From an uncultured virus (IMG/VR IMGVR_UViG_3300021964_000043) (lineage: Duplodnaviria; Heunggongvirae; Uroviricota; Caudoviricetes), in IMG/VR virus record IMGVR_UViG_3300021964_000043: a stretch of 64,000 nt of DNA. One strand, given 5' to 3'. The position numbers and the translations under genes were made by a program. Shown here piece after piece: positions 55,667-64,000 of the stretch. The first letter of the stretch is position 1, and the number at the start of each line of letters is the position of its first letter. The notes under the pieces are model-generated. The model saw only the letters and a list, made by a program, of their open reading frames with translations. It was not told the DNA's origin and searched no databases.

Positions 55667-57799
55667 ATGGCAGAGCTTCAAGATCTCATAAATCAACTTA
55701 AAGAAAGTAGTGGCGAACAAAAATCGCAATTACACGAAGTTGAGCGTCATACTCGAAATTCAAGACGTCATTTGCTTGAAATGAAAAAAGAGATTTTTAG
55801 GCTCTCTGAAAATATTGCTATAATGTCGGCAATTGAACCTCCAGAACTTCCAGAACCTGAAACTGAAGGCGAAAAAACAGAACAACGCCGTGAAGATCGT
55901 AAGTTTGAAGAAAAACAATTAGCAGTTCTTACTAAAATAGCAGATGGTATTACAGGGCTAAGTAAAGGTGGTGGCTCTGGCAGTGGTGGTGGAGGATTCC
56001 TAAAAGGTCTAAAAGGTTTAGGCCTTGGTGGAGCACTAGCTGGCGCTGGTATTGGATTAGGAGCTGCTGGAGCAGGCATTGGTGCATTCTTTATGGGTCT
56101 TGCTGGTGCTGAAGCTATTATGGCTAAATTTGGTAGTGGCGATAATCTTAAAAAACTTTTAATAAATTTAGGCGAAGGCCTTGATAGTCTATCAGACAGA
56201 AGTTTAACTGCTCTTGCTGTAGCATTGGGCGCAGGTGCCGCAATTGGTGCTATTCCTGGATTATCAGGTGCCGGTGCTGGTATGGGCATTGCTTGGATTG
56301 GTGTTGGTATTGGAGCTTTCTTTGCTGGTCTTGCTTTAGCAGATAAAGGTATGTCATATCTTAAGACAGATATGGGTGCTTTAAAACGAGCTGCTAAAGG
56401 TCTGAATGATACTATTGGAGTACTAGATGAAAAATCATTTAAGGTGGTTGCAACTTTAATTGGTGTTGGTGCAGCCGGTGGCGCGCTCTTTGGTCCAACT
56501 AAAATGGCCGGAGTTGCGGCTGGTATTGGCCTTGTAGGTCTTGGAATTGGATCATTCTTTGCTGGCCTATCAGTTGCTGACGCTGCTGCAAATTGGATGT
56601 CAGTTGATGGATCAAAATTAGCAACTCAAGCAAAATATCTAGCCGAAGGTATCACTGCACTTGCGGCTGATCCAAAAGTATTTAATACCATTGGTGGTCT
56701 TATAGGTGGTGGCGCAGCGGCAGCTGCACTTTTTGGGCCAAGTACCGTAGCTAAAGGAGCAGTTGGAATGACTGCTATTGGTATGGGTATTGGTGGTTTC
56801 TTTGCTGGTTTGGCTCTTGGAGATAAAGCTGCTTCATGGCTTGGCGTTGATGGCTCAACAATGAAGAAACAAATGCAAAACTTAGCCGAAGGTCTTGGAT
56901 CATTTAGTAATGGAAGTTTAATTGGTCTTGGAGCATTGTTAGGAGCTGGTGCTCTCTTTGGAGCAGTTGGTGGTCCTATGGTTGCTGGTATGGCTGCAGT
57001 TGGTATGACTATGATTGGTGCCGGCCTTGCAGGATTCCTAATGGCATTTGACGGATTATCTGCAATCGGCGGATTTATTGGATTAGATGGTAGTAACGGC
57101 AAAATACTACTAAAAAATATTGCTGAAGGCTTAGTACCTATTTCAAAACTTGATGGAGCAAATTTGAAAAACGCAGTAGCTGCAATTGCTTTAGCAGGAC
57201 CTGCGATGGTATCATTCCTAGGCTCAGAAGGTTTAGCAAAACTTGGTACAGCAATATCCGAAGGATTTAAGAAAGCTTGGCGTTGGATTACTGGAGCCGA
57301 TGAACCAGATCCGAGCAAGAAAGTAAGTAGATTTCAGGCAATTGTGGACGAGTTAGAGCCACTTAAAAATTTAGATCCAAATATACTTAGTAGTTTTGGC
57401 AAAGTTCTAGGTGATCTTGAAAAACTTTCTAATCTTGGTAACTTTGCTAATGGTGGCAGAGATATTAAGCAATTTGCAAACAATCTAAAATCTGCTATGC
57501 CAGAAATTGAAACAGCACTCTATGGCTCAGAAGCTACTGGCATAAATGGATATAGAGGCTATAAAATTCGTGGATTAGCAAATGGTGGTGATGAATTAGC
57601 TATGGCAGTTGATAATCTTAATCAACTCAATATGGCTAGTCAAACTATTCCAGATCCTTCAGTTATCGTTAATAATATAGACCAATCTTCTGGAACTCAA
57701 AATAAAATACTACCAACATCAGGACATAATGCTAGATCCCAAAATGGAGCTCCATCAGGGTTTGGTAATAGTTGGATGGATGAAAGCAGTGCACAGTAA
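55667..57799 (+). CDS. Tape-measure-like protein (gp29 position)
   Basis: 710 aa, Gly/Ala-rich helical, five ~79-aa repeats, downstream of gp26/gp51. Confidence 0.65.
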   Translation: MAELQDLINQLKESSGEQKSQLHEVERHTRNSRRHLLEMKKEIFRLSENIAIMSAIEPPELPEPETEGEKTEQRREDRKFEEKQLAVLTKIADGITGLSKGGGSGSGGGGFLKGLKGLGLGGALAGAGIGLGAAGAGIGAFFMGLAGAEAIMAKFGSGDNLKKLLINLGEGLDSLSDRSLTALAVALGAGAAIGAIPGLSGAGAGMGIAWIGVGIGAFFAGLALADKGMSYLKTDMGALKRAAKGLNDTIGVLDEKSFKVVATLIGVGAAGGALFGPTKMAGVAAGIGLVGLGIGSFFAGLSVADAAANWMSVDGSKLATQAKYLAEGITALAADPKVFNTIGGLIGGGAAAAALFGPSTVAKGAVGMTAIGMGIGGFFAGLALGDKAASWLGVDGSTMKKQMQNLAEGLGSFSNGSLIGLGALLGAGALFGAVGGPMVAGMAAVGMTMIGAGLAGFLMAFDGLSAIGGFIGLDGSNGKILLKNIAEGLVPISKLDGANLKNAVAAIALAGPAMVSFLGSEGLAKLGTAISEGFKKAWRWITGADEPDPSKKVSRFQAIVDELEPLKNLDPNILSSFGKVLGDLEKLSNLGNFANGGRDIKQFANNLKSAMPEIETALYGSEATGINGYRGYKIRGLANGGDELAMAVDNLNQLNMASQTIPDPSVIVNNIDQSSGTQNKILPTSGHNARSQNGAPSGFGNSWMDESSAQ

Positions 57800-57823
57800 C
57801 TTAAAGTTACGGTGGCTGAGAAT

Positions 57824-57854
57824 AAAAAAAGGGAGGGCCGAAACCCTCCCTTTT
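57824..57854. terminator. Bidirectional intrinsic terminator
   Basis: AAAAAAA-GGGAGGG-CCGAAA-CCCTCCC-TTTT hairpin between convergent genes. Confidence 0.85.
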
Positions 57855-57856
57855 CC

Positions 57857-58777
57857 TTAGGCCTGTTGGGCCAATTTAGCGAAGTAGCTCATGGTGTCGT
57901 CTTCTTCACCATTGTTATCTGAGCTAGCTCGCTCCTGAATCGATGGTTGATCCCGCTCTGGAAAGGAAGGAATTGGAGCAGTTTCATCCAAGGATACAGA
58001 TTCTGCGGTACTCATTGGAGTACCATCCTCACCGAGAACTCTTGCAAGCTTTGCTTTAAGCTCGGCATAGGACTTGTAGTTTTTAGGATCGAGGAATTCC
58101 TGCAAACTATAGAGGGTATTATAAACACCTTCTAGTTTAGTATCATCACCATCATGCAGTGCAGCTGGTGACGCAAACTCCGATTTATCATAATTGCGAT
58201 AACCTTCAACTTGACGAATCTTGAGTTTGAAGTCCGCACCCTCCCAGAAGTCAAATGGATTTACTGGGTTCTCATCTTGAAACTGAGGCTGCATCAAATC
58301 CATAATCTTATCAAAGATCTTCTTACCAAACTTATAAAGGAATACCTTACCTTCATTTGCTGGATTAGACGGATCAGAAACCACCATAACGTTAGTGACA
58401 TAATGAAGACGACGCTTACGATCTCTCGCAATAGCCTTATCTTCGTCACGGCCAGAGTTCCATAACACAGAGTTCATTTCACCTACCGGATCAGGCTGAC
58501 CAATAGAGGTCAAGCTATTCTCGATATACCAAAGTCCAGTTGGACCTTTGAACCCATGATCCCAATAACGAACCCACGGCAGATCCTCGCCCGCGGGTGC
58601 TGGAAGAAAGCGGAGTACTGCATAACCATTACCGGCTTTATCAACCGTTGGTTTCCAGAACCGCTCGTCGGCATACGATTTCTTTTCTTGGTTTCCACCA
58701 CCACCGATAGACTCAGCAGCTGAAACTAGATTGGCGATATCGTTTGCACGATTTTGTTTAAGAGCGCTAAATGACAT
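57857..58777 (-). CDS. gp32: Single-stranded DNA-binding protein gp32
   Basis: DERFWKP..DKAGNGYAVLRFLP; WYIENSL; KFGKKIFDK; NYDKSEF; acidic tail. Confidence 0.95.
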   Translation of the reverse strand: MSFSALKQNRANDIANLVSAAESIGGGGNQEKKSYADERFWKPTVDKAGNGYAVLRFLPAPAGEDLPWVRYWDHGFKGPTGLWYIENSLTSIGQPDPVGEMNSVLWNSGRDEDKAIARDRKRRLHYVTNVMVVSDPSNPANEGKVFLYKFGKKIFDKIMDLMQPQFQDENPVNPFDFWEGADFKLKIRQVEGYRNYDKSEFASPAALHDGDDTKLEGVYNTLYSLQEFLDPKNYKSYAELKAKLARVLGEDGTPMSTAESVSLDETAPIPSFPERDQPSIQERASSDNNGEEDDTMSYFAKLAQQA

Positions 58778-58844
58778 ATGTATATTCTCCTTGTATTTGC
58801 GTATTAGCTGAATTATCCACTTTATTCATTATATAAGTCCTTAT

Positions 58845-58873
58845 ATTATAACACATTTTTCTCACTTTGTAAA
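58845..58873 (-). promoter_or_regulatory. Sigma70-like early-type promoter upstream of gp32
   Basis: TTTACA-N17(ending TGTGT)-TATAAT. Confidence 0.75.
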
Positions 58874-59449
58874 TACCTTAGTTACAATATTTGCAAATTT
58901 TTTTCTGTCAAAATTAACAAATGTGCTATACTTTCGTATTTTTCGAGATATATCCGGCCATAGGATAGTCTCAGTAATTTGTTTGTTTGCCTTTCTCATA
59001 AAGCCAGTAAGCTTATCGAGTATGACCACAGTCTCCAAACAAATGTTTCCACTCACATATTCTTTGACAATAAATGGATGAGTGTCTATACTAAACAGAT
59101 CTTCAAATGACTCTATCTGCTCAGCGAGTTTATTTATATCCTGTTCAAAGGTGTATGACAGAGACTGATTTCTTTTTTGCCATTCAATGTAGTTATCATC
59201 TTCAATCATCATATCACCAACCCATTTTTGGTCCATAATAAACTGAGAGACATAGTAGTTAATTAACTCCGGTGGCTTCTCATATTTACGACCAAGTCGA
59301 GCAAAATGAAATTTGTCTTTCCTTTTCCAGAATGATTGTGGTTTAGCCGAGGTCTTAAAGTTATATTTTATCGCATCATAAGACTCACTCTCAAAGTGGA
59401 GCTTGATTGCTAGATAATAACTATAAGCCTCAAATGGTTCCATAAGCAT
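58862..59449 (-). CDS. gp59: Helicase loader gp59
   Basis: AY..YLAIKLHF....YD..KY...F.KRKDK..F; adjacent to gp32 and gp33; start chosen from the AAGGA SD. Confidence 0.82.
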   Translation of the reverse strand: MLMEPFEAYSYYLAIKLHFESESYDAIKYNFKTSAKPQSFWKRKDKFHFARLGRKYEKPPELINYYVSQFIMDQKWVGDMMIEDDNYIEWQKRNQSLSYTFEQDINKLAEQIESFEDLFSIDTHPFIVKEYVSGNICLETVVILDKLTGFMRKANKQITETILWPDISRKIRKYSTFVNFDRKKFANIVTKVFTK

Positions 59450-59478
59450 CTCATATTCCTTGATCTGATTGAGCTCGT

Positions 59479-59712
59479 TCAAAGTGGTAAAGTATTCCCA
59501 CCATTATTAACAATCAGATTTAATTCAATAGCCTCAGCCTCTATCTTTTCCTTGAGGACTGGACCAATAAGGTTACCAATATCAATAGGGTCAAGGTCAC
59601 GTTCTTCACAGATTCTAAGTACTGCATCCATATATGGCATCTTAGTTTCAGTTACTTTATCCTCAACTAATTTTGAGAATCGCTTTTTTGTTAGAATAAT
59701 TTGTTCAATCAT
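59479..59712 (-). CDS. gp33: Late transcription coactivator gp33
   Basis: F...VE......YMDAVL..CE....D...I...LKEKIEAEA..LN. Confidence 0.82.
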   Translation of the reverse strand: MIEQIILTKKRFSKLVEDKVTETKMPYMDAVLRICEERDLDPIDIGNLIGPVLKEKIEAEAIELNLIVNNGGNTLPL

Positions 59713-60239
59713 TGTATTTCCCACCTATAAAAGATGTGGTCACCAATAGTGACTGTTTGTGTTTTAGTTGATGCCCATTCAGGCGAAACATAATAAGCAT
59801 GGTAATGCGTTGCACCATCTGTAATATCATTGCCTTCATCTGCATAGAATATTTTGAAGGCCATTGCGGTAATAAGTGAATATAGATCTTCATCAGCTGA
59901 TGGTATTTCATCTGATTTACCATCGCAATACCATGAGAACTGACAACGATTTTTTACTGGGTAGTATGTTCCTTTAGTTTTCCAGCTTTCTCTTACTGGT
60001 CCTTGTTCAACTACCTCGCAGACTGAATAAGGAAATCTGTCATCAGATACTCTATTCATAGTAACATATCCAACGGCCAACATTCCTTTTACTGACTGAT
60101 TTCTAGCTTCCCAATACATATTGTCAGCTAAACAAGTGATTTGATTTTTATCGTGTTCAAGATCTAGATTAGGTGGAGTCTCCAACATAGGAGACTCACC
60201 AAACATTAAACTAAAGGCGGTAACAGCTTCTTTAATCAT
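59709..60239 (-). CDS. Cell wall hydrolase (SleB/Hydrolase_2 family)
   Basis: CLADNMYWEAR...V..NRV...FP..VC.VV...CQFSWYCDG...GATHYHA.YV.P.W...IGDHIFY. Confidence 0.9.
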   Translation of the reverse strand: MIKEAVTAFSLMFGESPMLETPPNLDLEHDKNQITCLADNMYWEARNQSVKGMLAVGYVTMNRVSDDRFPYSVCEVVEQGPVRESWKTKGTYYPVKNRCQFSWYCDGKSDEIPSADEDLYSLITAMAFKIFYADEGNDITDGATHYHAYYVSPEWASTKTQTVTIGDHIFYRWEIQ

Positions 60240-61375
60240 TTTAGGCCTACCTTAATAAGAATAGTGTCCTTATTGATTCGAGCATTAGTCGTTCCGGTCT
60301 TAGTGGTAAGTGATTCCCAAGCCTTATCAACTTGTTTCACTGTACCACTAAGAACCTTTGGAAGGAACTCATCAGGCTTACGCAATTTGATTTTACGTGA
60401 ACTCTCAAGGTCTACATTTTTGACTGTAGATCCACTCACCTCAAATCCATTTGGAGAACTAGAGAGAAGTTCAGTAAAATCTTTATTCTTGACGTTGAAG
60501 GTGTATAACCTAATAGCGCCAGGAATAGTAAGAGGATCGATTGAGGTGATCTTATAGTTCTTATCCTCTTTTAGGTATTGCAATTTAGAGACTTGCTTAT
60601 CTGCAGTCTTTACCTTTGGTGCACGTGTTTTACGTGTAGCTTTGGCTGAAGCTTTGATCTTATCAAGATCCATAAGCATTTCTTCACACGTCTTCATAAC
60701 TTTACGAAGCTGTGGTCTTGTCATGTGTGAAAAGCCTTCAACAGCCTGATCACAACGTTTATGGTAAGCATCAGAATAATCAAGATGCCAACCTTCAACA
60801 GTTTTACGAACCATATCGACGGCAGAACCACTTAGTCCATGAGCTTTAAATCGATTATAAAGATCTATTGAAGCACCATAATCGCCTTCAATCCATTTAT
60901 CTTCTACTTCATCTAGCTCAGTCATAATAGTGCTGTTGATTTTGCGAATAAGTCTTTGTTGTGGTGTAAGTATAATCACATTAGACTTTTGTTTTTCAGC
61001 CTGAGTTTTCTCTTTTAGAATTTGTTTGCCAGAATTGATAAGGTCATCAAATTTCTTTTTAGCGCATGTAGCGTATCCAGAATATTTTTGATCTAGGTCA
61101 TCCCAGTTTTTACCAGCATCAGTCCATGCAATCGCAGCAGCGACATGAGAGTGAGCAGTAAAGTTCCATTCAGGGTTAGCCAATATTGCTTTAGCATCAG
61201 CTTTCGAATAATTCTTTTTGACCCAATTTTTACAAATAGCTGAGTACTCTTTTTTATCTACTTCGATATGAAAGTAAGAAGAGAACGCAAGCCAACTTGT
61301 CATTGGAGCTGCTGCAACGCCTGTTCTGGCGCGAGCGCGAATAGTCTTTTTACGTGTTCTTTTAGGTATTGCCAT
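60236..61375 (-). CDS. Hypothetical phage protein
   Basis: 379-aa ORF with its own promoter and strong SD. Confidence 0.75.
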   Translation of the reverse strand: MAIPKRTRKKTIRARARTGVAAAPMTSWLAFSSYFHIEVDKKEYSAICKNWVKKNYSKADAKAILANPEWNFTAHSHVAAAIAWTDAGKNWDDLDQKYSGYATCAKKKFDDLINSGKQILKEKTQAEKQKSNVIILTPQQRLIRKINSTIMTELDEVEDKWIEGDYGASIDLYNRFKAHGLSGSAVDMVRKTVEGWHLDYSDAYHKRCDQAVEGFSHMTRPQLRKVMKTCEEMLMDLDKIKASAKATRKTRAPKVKTADKQVSKLQYLKEDKNYKITSIDPLTIPGAIRLYTFNVKNKDFTELLSSSPNGFEVSGSTVKNVDLESSRKIKLRKPDEFLPKVLSGTVKQVDKAWESLTTKTGTTNARINKDTILIKVGLK

Positions 61376-61408
61376 AGTGTTTTCCTTCCTTTTCCATTTG
61401 ATAGATAT

Positions 61409-61437
61409 ATTCTATCACACTTTTGACCAATTGTAAA
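61409..61437 (-). promoter_or_regulatory. Sigma70-like early promoter
   Basis: TTTACA-N17(ending TGTGA)-TAGAAT. Confidence 0.75.
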
Positions 61438-61446
61438 GGATTATTT

Positions 61447-61785
61447 TCAAATACTTTCCCAAATTTCATGATCAAGGTAGAGAACAGAGTTAACGCAAAT
61501 GAAAGCGCTTTTATCATAGCCACCAACTGACCACTGCTTATTCTCTTTGGCTGGAACGCCAGTGCAATAGTCATATATAGTGGCTTTGACTTTTTTCTCG
61601 AAGAAATATTCATCTTCAACATCAAATGTCAACTGCCATTCTACAGAAACTTTACCACTATCTACATGATTAGTAATAGTTGGCTCGCCAAAAGAATGAA
61701 CTAGGTCATCATAGCTATAATTTACTACACCTTGATTGCAAGAACCAGTAGAGTCAAAAGCTTTATTGTCCATCATTTTAATCAT
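61447..61785 (-). CDS. Hypothetical phage protein
   Basis: SYDDLV..FGEP...DSGKV..EW...ATIYD...WSVGG. Confidence 0.7.
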   Translation of the reverse strand: MIKMMDNKAFDSTGSCNQGVVNYSYDDLVHSFGEPTITNHVDSGKVSVEWQLTFDVEDEYFFEKKVKATIYDYCTGVPAKENKQWSVGGYDKSAFICVNSVLYLDHEIWESI

Positions 61786-61961
61786 TATACAATCTCCGCT
61801 TTTTTTAAGACTTGATAAGCTTCAGTAACTTTTTGATTTTCGTTAGCATAACCAGCTTCACGAAAACTTTTTTCTATTTCATCGGCTAACCAAGCTACAG
61901 TCTGACCGTAGAAATTTTCAGCGCGGTCTTTAAAGACCTTTTTTGCAGTTTCGAGTTTCAT
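61785..61961 (-). CDS. Hypothetical 58-aa protein (not in ORF track)
   Basis: Manual translation MKLETAKKVFKDRAENFYG...; AGGAG SD; TAATG coupling at both ends. Confidence 0.6.
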   Translation of the reverse strand: MKLETAKKVFKDRAENFYGQTVAWLADEIEKSFREAGYANENQKVTEAYQVLKKAEIV

Positions 61962-62125
61962 TATCTAGCTCCTGATTTATCAGCAATTGACCAAACGCCT
62001 AGTACTATACCAAGGATAGCGAACGTAAAGGCTAAACCAAAGTTGTCATTTTCGTAACCAGTTGGACCATCAATAGCTCCAACAGATAAGATCATACAGA
62101 CCATAGCTAAAGTAAGTCTAATCAT
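61961..62125 (-). CDS. Hypothetical 54-aa membrane protein (not in ORF track)
   Basis: Manual translation MIRLTLAMVCMILSVGAIDG...FGLAFTFAILGIVLGVWSI; TAATG coupling. Confidence 0.6.
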   Translation of the reverse strand: MIRLTLAMVCMILSVGAIDGPTGYENDNFGLAFTFAILGIVLGVWSIADKSGAR

Positions 62126-62400
62126 TATTTTACACTCCATCCAAAATTTTCAACTAAGAAGTCGTTGCCTTTATCTTCAGCAATCGCCATGCAAACAGCT
62201 TCACGAACGATTGTATCAAGGTTGTTAAGATACTTAGCAGCAGTTGGGATATTAACACCATTGCCATCAACGATGAAGTTATATACAACTTCTACGTCGT
62301 TAGCATCTTGCTTGTACATATCAGCCATATCTTCTTGGATTGCCCAATCGCTTTTGGCTTCGTTCTTGTAGCTTTTGATGAGGTTCTTAAGAGTTTTCAT
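62125..62400 (-). CDS. Hypothetical protein
   Basis: Likely start MKTLKN at 62400 after a GGAAAGGAAG SD. Confidence 0.7.
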   Translation of the reverse strand: MKTLKNLIKSYKNEAKSDWAIQEDMADMYKQDANDVEVVYNFIVDGNGVNIPTAAKYLNNLDTIVREAVCMAIAEDKGNDFLVENFGWSVK

Positions 62401-62435
62401 TTTGGACTTCCTTTCCTTTTCCATTTTATAGATAT

Positions 62436-62464
62436 ATTATATCACAATTTTTTCACTTTGTAAA
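62436..62464 (-). promoter_or_regulatory. Sigma70-like early promoter
   Basis: TTTACA-N17(ending TGTGA)-TATAAT with upstream A/T tracts. Confidence 0.8.
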
Positions 62465-62525
62465 GGAAAAAGTGAAAAAAAGTTTCCAATGATTACAATC
62501 ACTTGTAATTTTTTTTGAAAAAAGT

Positions 62526-62795
62526 TTAAGCTGTGTGGCTAAACTTAGTCACGCTATCAATCAAAAATGATCGCCATTCGTTCTTATCAATATCAACTAC
62601 ACGCAATGCATTGATAGTTTGATCTACGCCATTCCATTCTTCTGAACCAGTCTTTGGCATAATACTTTCAGGGATTAGTTCCTGCTTAAGAGTGGCTTGC
62701 ATAATACGCTCTTCGCCATTCTTTTTAATAAATTTGACTTGGCATACTCCATTACGAAGCATATCAAGCATTTCAGATCTACTATAACTAGTCAT
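62526..62795 (-). CDS. SH3/Sm-like (WYL_2-type) phage protein
   Basis: V.F.KKNGEER.M.ATL...VVDIDKNEWRSF. Confidence 0.7.
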   Translation of the reverse strand: MTSYSRSEMLDMLRNGVCQVKFIKKNGEERIMQATLKQELIPESIMPKTGSEEWNGVDQTINALRVVDIDKNEWRSFLIDSVTKFSHTA

Positions 62796-63004
62796 TACAA
62801 ATACTCCACGAATGTTGATTTAGATGGGTTGTGTCTCGTCTCTGACGATCTAGGAAAATAAGTTAAGATTTCTTTTACTACTCTTACGCAGCGATTTCCT
62901 GCAGTGTCATACTCAGCATAATACTTAGTATTGACTTCTTTAACGAGCTCTCGACGGACTCCATCTTCAAACATATCCAGTTGTGATGTTACTCCATTAG
63001 GCAT
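62795..63004 (-). CDS. Hypothetical protein
   Basis: Coupled ORF with GAGG SD. Confidence 0.6.
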   Translation of the reverse strand: MPNGVTSQLDMFEDGVRRELVKEVNTKYYAEYDTAGNRCVRVVKEILTYFPRSSETRHNPSKSTFVEYL

Positions 63005-63378
63005 TAGTTCCTCCTCATTTTTGCGTAGTCCTCAGCTGAGGACCCTCGTCCAACTGGGACGATGTTTGATTTATGCATTGTTGCGAGTCCGACGATGTAG
63101 TCTCCGGAATAGACGTTTGTTGTTTTTTTCGTTGCGATTGGAACGATACGGTCCGACGTCGGGATTGACTTATAATCTGGTGTAGACCTGCGATATGACT
63201 CTTTGGGCGCATATTCTTTAAACTCCCGTTTTTTTGTTTTAAGTTGAGATGGATGACAACCCATCTTCATCAGCCAAGCGTCATGCTCAGCTTGAGCTTT
63301 TTCCCAACCAGGCTGTCTTCGAGTCTTACGCTTTTTAATATTGAGGGATGACATCCCTCTTACAAGATGCATAGTCAT
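63004..63378 (-). CDS. Hypothetical phage protein
   Basis: Likely start MTMHLVRG; C-terminal YSGDYIVGLATMHKSNIVPV. Confidence 0.65.
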   Translation of the reverse strand: MTMHLVRGMSSLNIKKRKTRRQPGWEKAQAEHDAWLMKMGCHPSQLKTKKREFKEYAPKESYRRSTPDYKSIPTSDRIVPIATKKTTNVYSGDYIVGLATMHKSNIVPVGRGSSAEDYAKMRRN

Positions 63379-63379
63379 A

Positions 63380-63667
63380 TTAGTTCCAATCACTATCATA
63401 GTCACGTTGATCAGCTACACGCTCACCATAGTGCTCTTGAAGATATTGTGGGCCATCAGTCCAATGGTTATGATTTTCATCCATACGAGCAATTTCAGCA
63501 TCAAACTTTTTAGATGCCTTGCGTGTACGTTCAGTGGTATTTGACCACTTACGAGCTTCAACGGCACGCTTATTAGCATGCTTTTGAGCTATTTTTTTGA
63601 TGAGTTGAGCGCGCTTGGTATATTGAAGATCAGTCATACCAGCAACTTTTGATTTGAGAATTTTCAT
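63380..63667 (-). CDS. Hypothetical protein
   Basis: ORF with AAGGA SD and an upstream promoter. Confidence 0.65.
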   Translation of the reverse strand: MKILKSKVAGMTDLQYTKRAQLIKKIAQKHANKRAVEARKWSNTTERTRKASKKFDAEIARMDENHNHWTDGPQYLQEHYGERVADQRDYDSDWN

Positions 63668-63701
63668 AATATAGTCCTTCCTTTAATTATCTAATGTAAA
63701 C

Positions 63702-63730
63702 ATTATATCACACTTTTGCGCGATTGTAAA
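63702..63730 (-). promoter_or_regulatory. Sigma70-like early promoter
   Basis: TTTACA-N17(ending TGTGA)-TATAAT with upstream A-tracts. Confidence 0.8.
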
Positions 63731-63739
63731 GGACTTTTT

Positions 63740-63919
63740 TCACTTTTTTTGAATTTTTTTTAGTTCATCCAGCTCTTTCTGAGCTGCAACATATTTGTCC
63801 ATATAGTAATGCTTTTCTTTTTCGAGATCAGCAATCATTTGTTTGTATGTCTGTTCCATAGTCATAATATCTGGTGTTTGGTCATTTGGCGATTTATATG
63901 TTGATGATGGTAACTGCAT
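63740..63919 (-). CDS. Hypothetical 59-aa coiled-coil protein (not in ORF track)
   Basis: Manual translation MQLPSSTYKSPNDQ...ELDELKKIQKK; GGAGG SD. Confidence 0.55.
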   Translation of the reverse strand: MQLPSSTYKSPNDQTPDIMTMEQTYKQMIADLEKEKHYYMDKYVAAQKELDELKKIQKK

Positions 63920-64000
63920 ATATCCTCCATTTAGAGAGCCTTTTTGCCTCGTGCTCAGGAGGGGTCCCTTTCTAGTAGTTATGGTAGGATCTTAGCAAGT

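Noticed and set aside
55768..57318. Long Pro/Ala-rich minus-strand ORFs (55768..56289, 56626..57318)
   Set aside because: Antisense shadows of the Gly/Ala-rich plus-strand gene.
61362..61625. 87-aa minus-strand ORF
   Set aside because: Alternate frame overlapping 61447..61785 and running through a promoter and leader.
1..64000. tRNA, rRNA, CRISPR array, intron or homing endonuclease
   Set aside because: None seen. Intergenic gaps are very short, core genes look uninterrupted, and the TnsA-like ORF at 52714 is the ordinary gp4.

Overview
A 64 kb segment of a large, AT-rich T4-like (probably marine) myophage. It has four parts. (1) 1-23.9 kb, minus strand: a long array of paralogous tail-fibre, adaptor and chaperone genes, interrupted by a flavin-dependent halogenase and two Fe/2OG oxygenases. 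(2) 23.98-35.4 kb, plus strand: an oppositely oriented enzyme island with five radical SAM enzymes (four SPASM/twitch-like, one B12-binding type), five cupin or Fe/2OG oxygenases, several unknown proteins, and a 193-aa protein ending in (C-H-x-S)x3-RGRR that looks like the substrate. This island is the best candidate for an undescribed system, a RiPP-like phage protein-modification pathway. (3) 35.4-57.8 kb: T4-type baseplate and tail genes (gp8, gp7-like, gp6, gp25, gp5.4, gp5, gp27-like, gp53, gp48, gp4, gp2, gp19/54-like, gp26, gp51, tape-measure-like), with a candidate -1 frameshift (T TTT TTC) joining gp26 to gp51. (4) 57.9-64 kb: gp32, gp59, gp33, a SleB-like hydrolase and small early genes. 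T4 late promoters (TATAAATA) and a family of TTTACA-N17-TATAAT promoters are visible. All product calls come from motif recognition by eye; no searches were run.
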